Assembly: GCA_002189035.1 (NCBI GenBank)
Contig: NEEC01000018.1
Location: 992,001 to 1,056,000 of the forward strand
DNA length: 64,000 nt
Direction of reading: 5' to 3'
Source of the DNA: Utricularia gibba
Lineage: Eukaryota; Plantae; Magnoliophyta
The translations under genes and the position numbers were made by a program. Positions 12,857 through 25,339 of the stretch are shown one piece after another. The notes beneath the pieces are model-generated. The model ran no database searches. It was not told the origin of the DNA and saw only the letters and a list, made by a program, of their open reading frames with translations. How positions within the stretch are numbered: the stretch's first letter is position 1; each line of letters starts with the position of its first letter.

Positions 12857-13891
12857 TTACATGACGGCGCAGGCGTGGACGTTGTCGTCGCTGAACCGGT
12901 GGCGGACGTCGTCGGCGATGGTCTGGTAGAGGGGATCGGGGAAGTAGCCGCGGAGGGCTCGTTGTAGCCGTGGACGAAGTAGTTGTAGGAGGAGGTGAAA
13001 TCGGAGGTGTCGTAGTATTCGGAGGCGTAGGGGTGGTACTCGGAGTCGTACGGGAACGGCCACAGCTCCGCCCGTTTCCCGCTTCTCCTCACCACTCTCA
13101 GAACTTTCTTCTTGTCGACATGCCCGGTGACCGTCACCTTCTGCTTCTCCATGTCGATGCTCATGCTTTCTACACCTGCTCCACAAAACCAAAAACCCAT
13201 GTCGTGACGCACTTCACCGCCGGCTCTTCGTGTATTTGTATCCACGGAATGGTGGTTAGGACAAGGAGTGTTGGTTGGAAATGAAAAAACACAAAAACTA
13301 TGTTCGGTAATCTAATATTTTAAAGATATTTCTAATCATTCGATTGATTAGCTACTCCAAAATTCAAGTGATTATTAAATATATTTAACCCATTAATATA
13401 TTAATTTAATAATCCAACAAAGTAGTGCCTAGAGACATCTTTTTAAAGTCATACTTGAAACGAATCTTGATTGTTGTTAAAACATCTTTTACGATTGGTT
13501 AATCATATTAAATATATTATAAAAACATTGCAAAAAATAAAAAATAAATATTTAAATTTAATATTTTTTAAAAAAATAATTAGATAATTAATTTATGATT
13601 ATTTTTTAAAAAATAAAATAAATATAGCATTCACTTCAGCGCAACCGGAACTCCGGTTAAAAAGATAACATGCCTTGCATTTCGGAGATGGCTTGCCGGA
13701 CTCTTTTCTCACACCCTTCACAGTCCATGCGAACCAGAAGCTCCACAATCTGAACATTCAGAACCGCAAAATCAGAGCAATGAAACCCAACAGCAATGAC
13801 GGAGCGCCGCCGCAGCAACACACAGTAACAGGTAACTCACCGAGAGAGCGTTTGCCACAGAATTCTCCTGCTTGAAACATCCACCAAGCAT
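12857..13891 (-). CDS. Heavy-metal-associated isoprenylated plant protein (HIPP45-like), one apparent frameshift at ~12955
   Basis: Exons 13891-13841, 13749-13674, 13175-12857. HMA motif MDCEGC. C-terminal FSDDNVHACAVM (CaaX) lies in a second frame. Confidence 0.9.
13176..13673 (-). other. GC-AG intron (HIPP intron 2)
   Basis: The phase-1 junction needed for ...EMQ-G-VESMS is CAAG|GCATGT. No GT is available in the right phase. Confidence 0.75.
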
Positions 13892-16628
13892 TTTAGGAGG
13901 AGCACTTGAGCAGTACCAAATGAAGGGGAAGATGCAGATAAGAGGGCCATCTTAACAATGCAGATAAATATCATGGCATGGGAACACGAGGAATCCAAAT
14001 AGGTCATCATCTCCATTACCGGGAAAAAAAAAACCAGGAATTATACTCAACCAGATATGATGCTGGTGCATTATTGATGCTGCGTTACCTGTCAAATGTC
14101 TTGCATGTTTATTCTTCTGTGTTTTGCGGATACGAGGAGATGAACATATCTTGAGGAATTCAATTCTCTCTAGTCATTTACCGACCAACAAGCAGAGAAC
14201 ATGATGCAGATATGTCAGACCAGGGAAAGAATTGTAAATAGCGATCCTTATCCATCAAAAGACTGCTGGATGTCAATAAAGCGTAGGAAGATGCCCCCAT
14301 TAGCAGAAAAGAACATATGCTCATAGTGGAAACACGGTATCGAACACTTGAAGCAGATGACAATAATTCATACAGATACGATCTCGTGTGAACCAACAAA
14401 CCGCTATTGGAGCACAGTAGTATTGGGAATCCGGATTTGTATGCCACTATTAGGGCATCTTTATCCATTTCGGAAAATCTGGAAAAAATCAATTTGTACT
14501 ATTAGTTTTTCGAAAATCTAGTAAATGACTTCACTTGTTTATATTCGTTTTCAGAAAATAATATAATAATAAAATTAATAAAATGTTAAATTTTAATATT
14601 CATTAAAACTAATAAAAACTTGAGGTATTGAAGAGAATATCACTTCAAACTATTATAAATAATCAACATATAAGACATAATTTAAATTTTATCCAAATAT
14701 ATTCGATCAAATCTTTTTTTAAATATTGATGAATATTAGCATAATATGAATGAATCAGTTGATTCAAATAACATTGCATATTTAATCCCATCATTTTTGT
14801 AAATTTATATCGACTAAATTATTAAAGATTTGTCATATTTATCTTCAAGAATAATATAGTCGTTATCTTCCATAATCATATTATGCATAATATAGCAACA
14901 TATTATGTTATTTTGTACAAACTTGTATTATCACAAGATCATCCAAGTAGTCAATTTTTCAAATAAATAAATAAATAACAATATAAATTAATAATAACAT
15001 CTGTAAACAAGATTATAAAATATGAAGTAAATGAAAACATAATATACAACACAACAAAACATTATTACTTAATAAGGAAAAAGTTTTCACAACATCATCA
15101 TTTCCCTAAATTGATAAAGATGCCTTTATAAATACACTCACAGATAAAGAAAATCAGCAACTGTACAAGAAATCACTTAGAAAGATGATGGAACACAAAG
15201 TATTCATTTTTACAAAGTTTAACGTGAAAAAAATGTCCACATTCCCCTTCACTATTAACCAAGATCAACGTTATGAGATATTGAGCAACATACATACGTA
15301 AGTGAAAGTGAAACACATTTCCTTTGTATGCACAGGAAAAAGCCTTGTTTCATCAATCTTGAAGTGAATAATGTATCAGTATGGTGATCAAGAATAAGTA
15401 ATAGAACGTAATGACAGGAAACTGGGAGAATATGCCATGGAATGGGGAAAAGTTCAAAAGTAAACTCAAACAGTAATTCATCATATCCCTTTCCATTTCT
15501 CACAATTTGTCCACTTTGTGATAAATCATGAGAATCAACAATGTGTTTTAGCCCAGATTCGCACTAAACCACCGTCAATTTTCTCTCTTGGAATGAACTT
15601 GTTCTCAGAATCCAATCGCATTCTTAATAAAGACGTTTCTTTTATGTCTTGATTGAGTATCATAATGGAGGTGTTTAAAGCGCGAGCTTCTTTTTCAGCT
15701 TATACCAATTCCAAAACGTCTTCTTCAGATGGCCTTTGCGTAGGAACTTTTATGCTAGGCCGTGCGCATCCAATGTCTGTATAGACACTTTTCTGGGAAG
15801 AAGAAGATGTAAGTGTTTCAATTTCTATTAGTTGGTAGATGATACTAGTGCAGTTGAAGTGCATCTTTATGTCATTTAAATTCATCAATGTTAGTCATCT
15901 TGATTATAGTTGATGAAAAATTGTTTTTTGAGATAATTAAATATATTGAAAAAATTACAATCTTTCATACTCAAGAATTTATAAATGAAAAAGATTGCAA
16001 TGTTTAAATTAGAAGAAGGGAAAGAAGATGATCATTATCATTTACTTTTTATTGAAAAATGGTGATTTTTTTTTCACCTTTTATTTGGAACATTGAAATT
16101 TTTTTCATTTTGAGAATCTTTTTTTTTCATATTTTATTTTAAACTATAATCTATATATTGTATTAAATTGTTTATTTATCTATATATAAAACTAAAAAAT
16201 ATGAAAACAAGAAAATACACAATGTATTGACTGAAACACACTCAAATTGGGTCAAATCAGGAGTCCATGCAAATCCATTCTCATTTTCTCAATATATTAG
16301 TAGATCTCGATCAATACAAATTAACACAATGTTCACAGATAAGATGAACAATTGATTATATACTAACAATTTCTAAAGATAATAATCAATTAAAGATAAA
16401 TAAATTATTTCATTGACTAATCACAAAATCAACAAAACTCATCATCAGGTTATCATCCATTGTGTCTAGCCTCAAGCCACTAGAAGATTCACACTATTGT
16501 GTTATCAGTGAAATTTTGCTTATCCTCAAATCTCATTCACACATTTATTCATAGGCTTTTTATTGATTCAGTTTATACTTTGATTAATGATTTTATTGTA
16601 GCCCGATATCAATAGCCCACCATGGATA

Positions 16629-16715
16629 ACTGAGTATCCGAATGTATATTAAACCAAGCGTTCGAGTATGTAGGCAACTGAGCATCCAAGTTTGTAGCCA
16701 ACCGAGCGTTCGAGC
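16629..16715. repeat. ~48-bp degenerate direct duplication (AACTGAG..AACCRAGCGTTCGAG)
   Basis: Two similar units in intergenic DNA, probably a TE fragment. Confidence 0.55.
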
Positions 16716-17007
16716 CAAGTATCAGAAAGTTACGAGTGCCTTTTGCCAAATTTCTTAATTCTGTGTAACCACATCTCTTCAAGCGTAAGCAAGTGTACCT
16801 AATTATTAGGCGAAAAATAGAGTAATAAATATTTATAGAATTTCATGGGGATTAATTGTGTCATAATAATAAACAGTTAGACATTCATTTTGACAACTTT
16901 TCAAATAGTATAGACTATTCATGGAACATTGTTTTAAGAATATTTGGGATTACTTTTTGAAGATTAAAAATGACACTCGTGTTAACAATATGGATTGAAT
17001 TTACTAA

Positions 17008-17241
17008 AGCAGTGTTCTGGAAAATTTTTTAAACCTGTTTTTACTTTCCAAAAAATTTTGAAAAGTAAAAATAAAAAGTAAAAGTAATTAATTCTTTATT
17101 TTTCCAAAAATAATTTTTGTAATTATAATTTTAAAAGTGTTTTTGATAAAATTATTTTTACAATTAAAAGTATTCTAAAACAAAACTATTTTTACTTTTG
17201 AAAAGTAGAAATAGTTTTTAAAAAATTTTCAGAACACTGTT
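17008..17241. mobile_element. Tourist-like MITE (PIF/Harbinger)
   Basis: TIRs AGCAGTGTTCTGGAAAATTTTT / AAAAATTTTCAGAACACTGTT, TAA on both flanks, AT-rich interior. Confidence 0.8.
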
Positions 17242-17473
17242 TAAGATTTTAAATAGTGAATATCAATTTTGTTTAGTTTTTAAAACCTGAGGACTAATGC
17301 CGGAAATTCAATCAAGAACTAAACGGAGATTTCTAAAAGATAGTGACCCTGAAATGAAAAATGAAACATTTGAAAGGAGTGAAAACGAATATAACGGAAA
17401 GATGAAAGGCGGAAATGGAAATCCAGCCTACCAGAATTAGACTCTTCACTTTCGGTCATCGCCGCCGAAGCCC

Positions 17474-18585
<1,112 letters not shown>

Positions 18586-18799
18586 TATCAGGCGTCCGCC
18601 GCCCGCTCTGCAACAGATATCAATGCTCTTTCCTTTCCCAGTTTGGTGAAATGGCAAATCCGTTTTGGTTAATAAGACTGAATGGACGATATTCGTATCT
18701 GCGTATCTGAATTCATCGCTGCCATCTAGAGCGAGAATTTTAAAAAAATCGCATTTTTCAAAGCCCAATAGAAGCTGCTGCTTAGCTAATGAACAATTC

Positions 18800-18831
18800 G
18801 GGCCCAACAGATGGGCCCAAACTGTGGCCCC
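18800..18831. promoter_or_regulatory. Site II cluster upstream of CID gene
   Basis: GGGCCCA and TGGGCCCA within 20 bp, plus a further GGCCC. Confidence 0.45.
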
Positions 18832-19645
18832 GAACTCAATTGGGGGAGAGTATGGGTGATTAGGGCTTGTTTGTAATTTTCGTCTTCAATTTCGCGCACT
18901 GTATTCACTCGTTCTGGTTTCGGAGCTCCAATCATTCAGTTCATTGGACTCGCTGCTTTGAGGTTCGAAGCGTAGGCGGTACCAAAGGTAAGTTCTCGCC
19001 GAACCGATGCTTGTTTGGGATAACGGCTGTACCTATTGAACCGTTTGTAGTCTTTTACGAATTTCTTTGCTTCTGCTTCTTCACTCTGGGTTAGCCTTCA
19101 TGGCTTTCCTCGAGAAACCCTTCATTTTGGAGCTTTGGAAGATTTTTATGTTCGCCATCTTCTTTTTACCGGGAAAGTCTGTGGCGTGAAGAATTTCAAA
19201 TTGCGCTGTTTTTTTTTTTTTTACCGGGAAGTTGTATGAATGTGATATAGTATTCTAGGCAGATATGGTCTTGTTTTAATTGGAAGAGTTTTTGGTTATT
19301 TGGTTACGGGAATAAGGTACAAAATGCTAAGAATTGTTTGATAGGGGCTTAATGTAGATTGAAATGCTACTTGCCTTGTTTTCTAGAACCTGTTACTCAA
19401 TAGGAGTAGTATTACATATCACTTTGTAGTTCCGTTGCTAGATTTGCATCATTGAGAATGAAATTATTACGTTCAAATGCAACTCGATAATTGCCAAATT
19501 GGTTTCTTTTTGCTGGGAAGTTGTGCTCACACTTGATCCTGTATGTGCAGTATTATATCGTATTGTTCTGGGGTTCGCACGTGTGCTATTAAACTTAAAC
19601 TTGAGAATTCTTCCTTGCAGAAGGGTTCACCAGTATTTAAAAGCA

Positions 19646-22458
19646 ATGGTTGAGGATTCTTTTGATGAGAATGTGCTGACAGAGAAGCTATCAAAACTCA
19701 ACAATTCTCAGCAAAGCATAGAATGTATCCTTTTGACTGATCAAGCTTGGTTCTCAAATTAGCTCTCATATTGGGGAGTGTAACCTGAAAGCTGGCTGCA
19801 CCCTTATTCTTACCTTGTGTTACATTGAATGGTTCCCCATCTGATCTCTCTAGGGGAAGTGGTTTTTTTGTAGTAGTCACAAGACAGTTTTTTAATATTA
19901 TCTTATCATGCACAATTAAGTAAACAGGTTTTTTTTTTTGTTGCAACTTGGACTTCTTGAAATGCATCTTTTTAGAATCGCAATTTTGGACATTCTTGTT
20001 TTGAAAGCCTGGAATTTTATCAAATGCTTCATATTTCTGCTGCTAACTGGGTGCTGTCTGTATGGAACTCGGAATTCCTCGTGAGTATGGTAAAAACATC
20101 AAATACTTGTCTAAGATCTAGTGCAGCTTATGGTATGTTGCGTTGTAGCGTTTTACTGCTGCTTGTGGTATTTGTGGGGTTTGGTGGGCATTTTTCATGG
20201 CCAAAATTGTATGTTATACTTAACATGTAGCCAGCCTTCTCGAAATGGTGCATTTCCCATCGAAAAAAGGCCAAGATAGTAGTTGAACGATGGGATGCCC
20301 TATTTAAGTCTGCCAATCGAGAGAAACGAATTTCGCTTTTGTACTCTGCCAACGACATACTGCAAAATAGCAGGCGAAAAGGCAGTGACTTTGTGAATGA
20401 ATTTTGGAAGGTTCTCCCAGCTGTGCTGAAGGGTGTTCAAAATAGCAGTGACGAAGATTGCAAAAAAGTAGCTTCGAGGCTGGTAAATTGATCTACATTA
20501 CTCGGTGACATGAGAGCATTAAGCATAATGAAATTTGTTGTACCTTGCGTTCTCCTAGTTGCTGATACATGTCTTCAATACTAGGTTGACATCTGGGAAG
20601 AAAGAAAGGTATTCGGTTCTAAGGGTTCAAATCTTAGGAATGAACTTCTTGGTGGTGATGCTGCTCCTGGAAAACATTCTTCTTCCGCAAAGGATACTGT
20701 TACCGGAAAGAATCATTCTCCAGCTGAAGATGGTATGGTTGTAAACCCAATCAAGGTCGTGAAGAGAGACTCCAACTTCGTCAGAATAGTAAGTGTGCAC
20801 ATTTGAGGTCGAAACAGATTTCTTTTTCTTTGCGGTTGAAAACTACTCAGACAATTTTTTTTTTTTTCTAGAAATTGGCAGTCGGCAGCTTCCCAGAAAA
20901 ATTTTTAACTGCATTTCAGCAGCTACATGATCAAATTGCCAATGAAGAATCAGCATTAAGTGAATGTAAGAAAGCTCTTTCTTCTGTCAGAGAATTGGAG
21001 AAAGATGCAATAAATGCTGCAGCTCAAGGTTTGTGCTAAATCTTTCTTGCGTGAGCTGATTTGGCATTGTTGTTTTTTTTTTATGTTGCCTTGGTATTCT
21101 TCGTTTTGTATTTGGAGCCAAAATATGATGCCATCTTTTACCTAGTTTATGCATAAAAGGTATAAATTTTTGCTATGTACAACCTGTATCCGTGACAAAT
21201 TTAGTATATTCAGGAAGCCAAATGGTACCAGAAGTCATGGATAATTTACAGAAGCTGGAAAAAGTGCTTCAACAGTCTGTTGCCCAACTCGAAAAATTTG
21301 AGAAGGCCAGGGTAACCTTGTGCTCCCAGCTCCGTGAAGCTGTTCACGATCAAGTATGTCATGCTGTGAATCTTCTATCTACAACCTGAAGCGCCATTTA
21401 TGTCTATTTTCATCTTGAAATTGGGCTCAGAATATCATCAAAGTTTATGCCTAGAAATTTTGTGGAACTAAGCTTCTAGGAACCCTAACGCTGCTGTAGG
21501 TTTTGTACTTCAAAAAAATGGAGCCACTTCTGCATTAAGTGCAGATTCGTATGTGGTGACCTACAATTTCTGATGGCTTGTGATCATTTGCAGGAAACGA
21601 AGTTGGGATTATTCAGAGTGAGCTACATGTAAGTCATTTCACGTGGAATGTATTTTTTTTTTCCCCAAACTGTGAGCATGTGAATAGATGGGTTTTTCTT
21701 ATTTGAAAACTATGTGAAATGCAGGTTGCTCGGGGCCAGATTGAGCAAATAGGTGCGGCGAGGCTCCACCTAGCAAACCCACCAACAGTGACCCAAGTTC
21801 CTGCCGTGGCCAATTATCCACCTCCCCTTCTGACAAATAACCTTAATCCAACCATCCACCCTTCAACTACATTAAAGCCCTCCCTCACTGAAGAGGAGAG
21901 TAAGAGGGCGGCAGCAGCGGCTGTTGCTGCAAAACTTGCTGGGTCTGCTTCGTCTGCCCAGATGCTAACGTCTGTCCTATCATCCCTAGTTGCAGAAGAG
22001 GCTGCGTCTCTGAATAGTGGATTGAAAAGGCCAAGACCAGAAAACCCCACACGTACTGATAATAAGAATATGGAGGGAGAGAATACGGCAGCCCATTTTC
22101 CGTCTATGGTATCTCCTATGCCTCCTCCCATGCAGCCCCCATGACACAACTACAACCTCCATTTCTCTCATCTTCCCAACTTCCGCCACCACCTAATTTT
22201 CCTGCAAATCCAATAGGGCAACCCCCTGTTATGGGCCTCGCATATGGGTATGGGAGAGGCAACTTGCAAGCTCCAGTTATTCCTTCAGATCTCCCGATGG
22301 GGTTCCCCAGACCAGGCCTCCCATTGCAGCTGCCAAGCTCTCAGCAGCAGCAACAGCAGCAGCAGGTGCCCCTGGAGGAGACTTCCGGCCCCTTGGTATT
22401 GGATTCTATGGGCAGAGCCATCAACCGGCAACCCCACCCATACACAGGCAATGAATAG
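19646..22458 (+). CDS. CID-domain protein (RPRD1/regulator of nuclear pre-mRNA domain-like), two apparent frameshifts
   Basis: KLSKLNNSQQSIE, ANDILQNSRRKGSDFVNEFWKVLP, VDIWEERKVFGS, AAAAVAAKLAGSASSAQMLTSVLSSL, Pro/Gln-rich tail. Exons 19646-19724, 20235-20482, 20585-20788, 20872-21028, 21214-21353, 21594-21628, 21725-22458. Confidence 0.88.
19725..20234 (+). other. U12-type (minor spliceosome) GT-AG intron
   Basis: Donor GTATCCTTTT. Branch-like TACTTAAC ends about 10 nt before the CCAG acceptor. Confidence 0.85.
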
Positions 22459-23065
22459 CCATGTTTTTGTGTATCGATAAATGCATGGATGGATCCTTTG
22501 GCCCTTGCAGATCGGCTCTTTGGCACCCCAACTGTTGTTAGTAGCGAATGTACACACTACATTATGGCTAGTTAGTTATGCCTGCCTACGGGATGATGCT
22601 ACATGATTCAAATTAGGAAGCAAATGTTTCATCCTCAAATTTCCTGATGCACAACACTTTAGGAGCGTGGCTCGAGGGCTGCAAGTGTCTTGGTGCACCC
22701 GTAACTGGTACTCCTAAAGTGGTTAGCTTAGACTTCAGAATGAAGCAACCATTGTGATTCTAAAGTAGCTTTTTTGGGGCAGCGTCTTGACTTGAGGATA
22801 GAATCTATCTGATGCTTAAAATGTTGTGGATGGACCAATTTCAGGGCAGAAGTTGGAATGCCACCCGGTATGATGGAAGGCTGCTAAACATTTGATAAGA
22901 TGACACTTCTCTTGTGGTTCAACGAAATATGAAATAGGAACTGTTAACTAATGAGTCTTCCTTAACAGCACCTCGCAGGTGAAGAAGAGCTTCTGGTAAA
23001 TGGTCTCGTTCACTCCTCAAGTATCTGCTTGATGACACTACCATGGAGATGCAAACTACAATCTG

Positions 23066-24432
23066 TCAAAACATCATCAAGTTCACTGAAACCCCGACGA
23101 CAAATGGTTCCATCAGTAATCTGGTTAAGAAGTAGAATATGACTCCCAGTGCTATAGAAATAGGAAGCGCAGGCAGGGCATGTCGACACACAGCCAACAG
23201 TATGAGTGTACAGCCGAGCCCTGATATGATCGCCAGATAACAAGCATACACGGTCATCAGATCATACATTGCAGCCCTGCCTACAAGCACACTGTAGAAG
23301 ATGAAGTCTCCCATTCCAAGCTTGATTCCCCTAGGACTACTTGGTTCTGCAGCATCCGCCGGTGCCCCGTCGTCGTTGTTGTTTCCATGCAACATCCTAT
23401 TTTGATTACTGGTAACATCTCCGTGCCCCCTATCTGCACCATCGTTGTTGGCATTGCTGTTGTGATCAGGTGATACCCTATGCATCAATGGAGATCTTTC
23501 CTCCGGATCTACCACAACCTCCTCAATCTCACCATGATTCATCCTGGCATTCCCCTCGGTGACAGTCAGCGTGTGGTGCTCCCTCTCCCTCTCCTGGATA
23601 CCATTGCTATTGCTGTGACTTGCTAACAATTCCTGCAACTCGACACCATGACTGCTGTTTTGATCATTCATCCCCAATCCTGGTGCCACCAGAAGCCCCA
23701 AGCTGGAATCCCTGGCACCAGAGCCAGGGCTTCTAGCCACTGTTGGCCTTGATTCATAAACTAGCGCAGGTAACTCCTCCTCCCTACTGGAAGCCAACTC
23801 CACCAACAACTTCAAAGGACCCCCCGGAGCCAAAACTGCTACTAAGTCATACAGTGCAAGTGCAACCAAGACGACCCAAGTTGTCCACTCAGGCAAGCGT
23901 GAGAACCAAGCTGCCACTATGATTCCCAACAACACCATGGTACTCTGCTTCACGATTATTGGAACTCCATTCGAGAACACTGAAACAGTTCCCAAAACAG
24001 TGAAATTGAAAAGCAGCACATAGAATGTTACCGCGTCAACTGGAATGTTGAACCTCTCGATAATGGAGATCAAAATCATGCTGCCCATGGTGGAGAATAT
24101 CATGAAAACCGAGAAGCGGGTGTAGTAGAGAAGGAAATTGGTGAAGCGGTAGTAGTAAAGCAGGACCAGGACAAAGGTAACCACGGTGATAATAGCGACG
24201 AACACGACAGCGTTCAAAACAGCCCCCTCGAGCTTCTGGGCGGTGGAATCCGTCGGAGACTCTTGGTATATCAAATTAGCGGCGGTGCGAACCGCGATTG
24301 TGGCGTCGGCGGCGGTGGCGGGATTGAAAACCGTGTACACCAGAAGTACGACAAGGAGCATACAGATGGAGACGGGCGCCATAACCCCGATAATCTCCTG
24401 ACCGATGATCTCCAGCACGCTGCCCCCTCCAT
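23066..24432 (-). CDS. Presenilin (gamma-secretase catalytic subunit), intronless, apparent frameshift after codon 3
   Basis: ALYDLVAVL (YD), KLGMGDFIFYS (GxGD), ALPALPIS (PAL). The ATG at 24432 is one base out of frame with the 464-aa ORF, whose listed start is TTG. Confidence 0.95.
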
Positions 24433-25339
24433 TTCCAAGCCCCGCCCCCCTGAGATCCAAGCGTCCAACGGACTATAAGAGTTGGGCATTTGCGCATTCT
24501 TCCGAGATTTCAAGGTAAAGAAAAAGCCAAAACATGAACCCTTTTATTACTATTAACCATCTTATTTACTACGTTTAATTATTTAATTTAGATAAATTCA
24601 GTATTAAAATTATTTTATTGTTCTGTTTTTCATTATTTTTTTTGAATTAACTCTATGTAATTTTTAAATATTCTAATCTTTAATAGTTCTATAATAAAAT
24701 CAAAACTTCAAATTATCATAAATTATTAAATTTTATGAATGTATATTTTAATGATTAAATAAGAAATTAATTAAAGAAATTATATTATTTACTTTTTATC
24801 TATTTTAGAAATATGTTAATGTCATAAAATAAATTATACAATAATGTAATCTATTAAACTTTATATTATAATTTTTACGTCATTAAATTTTATAGTATAT
24901 TTTAAAATCTCAAATTGACTATATTCATAAAATCTGAAAATTAATTTTATTTTAAATAATCTAGAGCGAAAATTAAATTTACAGAATAGGTCCTATGTAA
25001 TATCATGTGCTTTCTATACGGTACTTGCACAAGGTTCTATTTTCTATTATGTCATTGACACATAATAAAAACCAATTTTTGACTAAATAAACTATAAACC
25101 CCAATTAAAGATTAATTTTGTAAATTAAGAATTGTTAATTCTATTATTTTTTAAGTATCTGAATATGGTATAGAATATGGTTCTAATCCGGTCAAAAAGG
25201 CATGGAAAAGAATGTGTATGGTGGCGTCTGGTGAGCATTACAAGTAGTAGGATGTCCGAACCATGTGATGACACGATGGAAAGCGGCGAGAATCCCCAAT
25301 AGATGCACGCGAAAGGAAGCTGGAGCATGGAGGGAGAGC

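Noticed and set aside
14080-14492. 104-aa ORF and degenerate frames upstream of HIPP
   Set aside because: No recognisable domain in any frame; probably a decayed TE or gene fragment that I cannot assign.
15255-15900. Protein-like broken frames (e.g. EEDVLELV*AEKEARALNTSIMILNQDIKETSLLRMRLD)
   Set aside because: Multiple stops and no family recognised; a tBLASTx search would be needed.
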